A stretch of DNA of 64,000 nt. Origin: an uncultured Clostridia bacterium (GTDB lineage Bacteria; Bacillota; Clostridia; Lachnospirales; CAMZNU01). A program made the position numbers and the translations under genes. The first letter of the stretch is position 1. Each line of letters opens with the position of its first letter. Location of the stretch: the NCBI GenBank assembly GCA_947313885.1, contig CAMZNU010000009.1, forward strand, positions 64,396 to 128,395, given 5' to 3'. Below are positions 62,746-64,000 of this stretch, in pieces. Below the pieces are notes generated by a model. The model made no database searches, had not been told where the DNA came from, and saw only the letters and a program-made list of their open reading frames with translations.

Positions 62746-64000
62746 ATGATTACAAAAAGTATATTAAAATTTAAAGATGTAAACATTGAAAAAGAGAAAG
62801 TATATATACAGGAGGTGCATATAGATAATAAAAAGTATGAAGTTATAAATTGGGACAAGGCATATGAATTAATATTTACTCAGTTAGTTAATGAAGATGA
62901 TGAACGAATAATAAAACTAATGAAATCGGAAAATTATATATCAAGTTCACAAGATCGTTTCACTATGAGTAAACAAATAGGACAAGACATATACTTAAAT
63001 AAATACTTAGATACGAATAAAAAGAAAAATAATATTATACAAATTATAGAACTTATGGATAAAGATGAAGAATATATTAAAGTAGTATATAAGGAAGAAA
63101 TAAGTATAAACATAAATAAAAAACAACTAGAAGAGATTGAAAATAAGAAAACAAAGGAGATCCAAATACCAGAGAAAACTCAAATTAAACCGTTGGATTA
63201 CGATAGAGATAAAACGAATTTTTCAGAAGAAGTAGAAGAAGTAGAAGAAGTAGAAGAAGTAGAAGAAGTAGAAGAAGTAGAAGACGAATTAGATATAGAG
63301 TTTAAAAAATATTATGAAGCTTTAAGAAGATTTACCAAGGGAATAATGATGACGGAAAATGATAAAGATGAGTTTGAATCATTTTATTATAAAATTCATA
63401 GAGAAAAATGCCAAAGACATAAAATAGAGCTGTATATATCAAGACAAAGCATCCAAGTAGATGGGCGATATTTTGCACTAGAAAATATAATAAATGAAGA
63501 AGAGTTAAATATTTTACATGAGGACGTTCTAAATATTATTAAATATTCAAAAAATAAGAAGGAAAGATATTCAAATATATATAATACGATAAGAGAAAAA
63601 CCTAACATGTCACGTATAGTTAATATAAAAATATTTAAGGCGATTTTACGTTTTAAATATAATGATGAATTTACATTTACAGAATATTACTTAGAAGAGA
63701 AAAACGAGAAAAAAGTACAAAAAGTACAAAAAAGTACAAGTCGCATAAAAAAAGCACAAATAAAAGTAAGTAAAAAAGAGAAGACGGCATTAGAAAAAAA
63801 TATATATGATATATTTAAAACTTTTGATAAAGGTGTAAGAGATACTAATTTAGAATATAGAAAAACAGTTATTAAAAAATATAGAGAGCAGTACGATAAG
63901 GAAATAGAAATAGAGAGGGTAAAAAAAGTTCTTAAAACCTACGCAATATATTTAAAAGAAGAAGAAAGATATATAGCCAAAGAAGTGCTAGCAACAGAAG
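62746..64000 (+). CDS. hypothetical Lys/Glu-rich protein, 3'-truncated by the window end (not in the ORF track)
   Basis: ATG at 62746 with AGGAGAG 6 nt upstream. I translated it by hand with no stop to base 64000 (418+ codons): MITKSILKFKDVNIEKEKVYIQEVHIDNKKYEVINWDKAYELIF... It contains an (EEV)6 tract. No motif recognised. Confidence 0.6.
   Translation, partial: MITKSILKFKDVNIEKEKVYIQEVHIDNKKYEVINWDKAYELIFTQLVNEDDERIIKLMKSENYISSSQDRFTMSKQIGQDIYLNKYLDTNKKKNNIIQIIELMDKDEEYIKVVYKEEISININKKQLEEIENKKTKEIQIPEKTQIKPLDYDRDKTNFSEEVEEVEEVEEVEEVEEVEDELDIEFKKYYEALRRFTKGIMMTENDKDEFESFYYKIHREKCQRHKIELYISRQSIQVDGRYFALENIINEEELNILHEDVLNIIKYSKNKKERYSNIYNTIREKPNMSRIVNIKIFKAILRFKYNDEFTFTEYYLEEKNEKKVQKVQKSTSRIKKAQIKVSKKEKTALEKNIYDIFKTFDKGVRDTNLEYRKTVIKKYREQYDKEIEIERVKKVLKTYAIYLKEEERYIAKEVLATE
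63226..63284 (+). repeat. 9-bp tandem repeat (gaagaagta) x6 encoding (EEV)6
   Basis: Six perfect units run from 63226 to 63279, followed by a partial unit. Confidence 0.95.

Overview
This is a visibly AT-rich, low-GC chromosomal segment from a spore-forming, Stickland-fermenting Firmicute (Clostridia or Tissierellia type). No transposase, integrase, phage or CRISPR content was seen. Most of the window is housekeeping. It holds a UvrD-family helicase, ftsQ-ftsZ, an RpiR regulator, cmk, the IspH-S1 fusion and class II RNR plus dUTPase. It also holds valS, a GerA/SpoVAF-like protein, the conserved yqfC-yqfD-pgpH-ybeY-cdd-era-yqzL block, DivIVA, tadA, the infC-rpmI-rplT operon with its leader, an ABC-F ATPase and PepF.

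The centre of the window (about 36.9-52 kb) is a selenium and glycine-reductase region. The operon grdX-trxB-trxA-grdE-grdA-grdB-grdC::grdD lies on the minus strand behind what looks like a glycine riboswitch with a terminator. Next to it are selB, tRNA-Sec, selA, a cysteine desulfurase-like gene, selD, yedF and a DUF3343 gene. Three genes (grdA, grdB, selD) carry in-frame UGA selenocysteine codons, so the ORF track splits or truncates them.

The items most worth a second look are these:
- Two tandemly duplicated 51-codon Cys-containing peptide genes at 15.4-15.9 kb are absent from the ORF track.
- The Pro/Glu/Lys/Thr repeat gene changes its sensible reading frame at about 34727.
- selA and infC appear to use AUU starts.
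- There are GrdC-GrdD and NfnA-NfnB fusions.
- An ABC-F protein has one degenerate composite ATP site.
- A 1731-aa surface protein has a repetitive Gly-rich solenoid-like core.

Caveat: between about 46703 and 47460 my reading of the printed sequence and the ORF-track coordinates differ by 1 nt. Coordinates I derived myself in that interval are +/-1.
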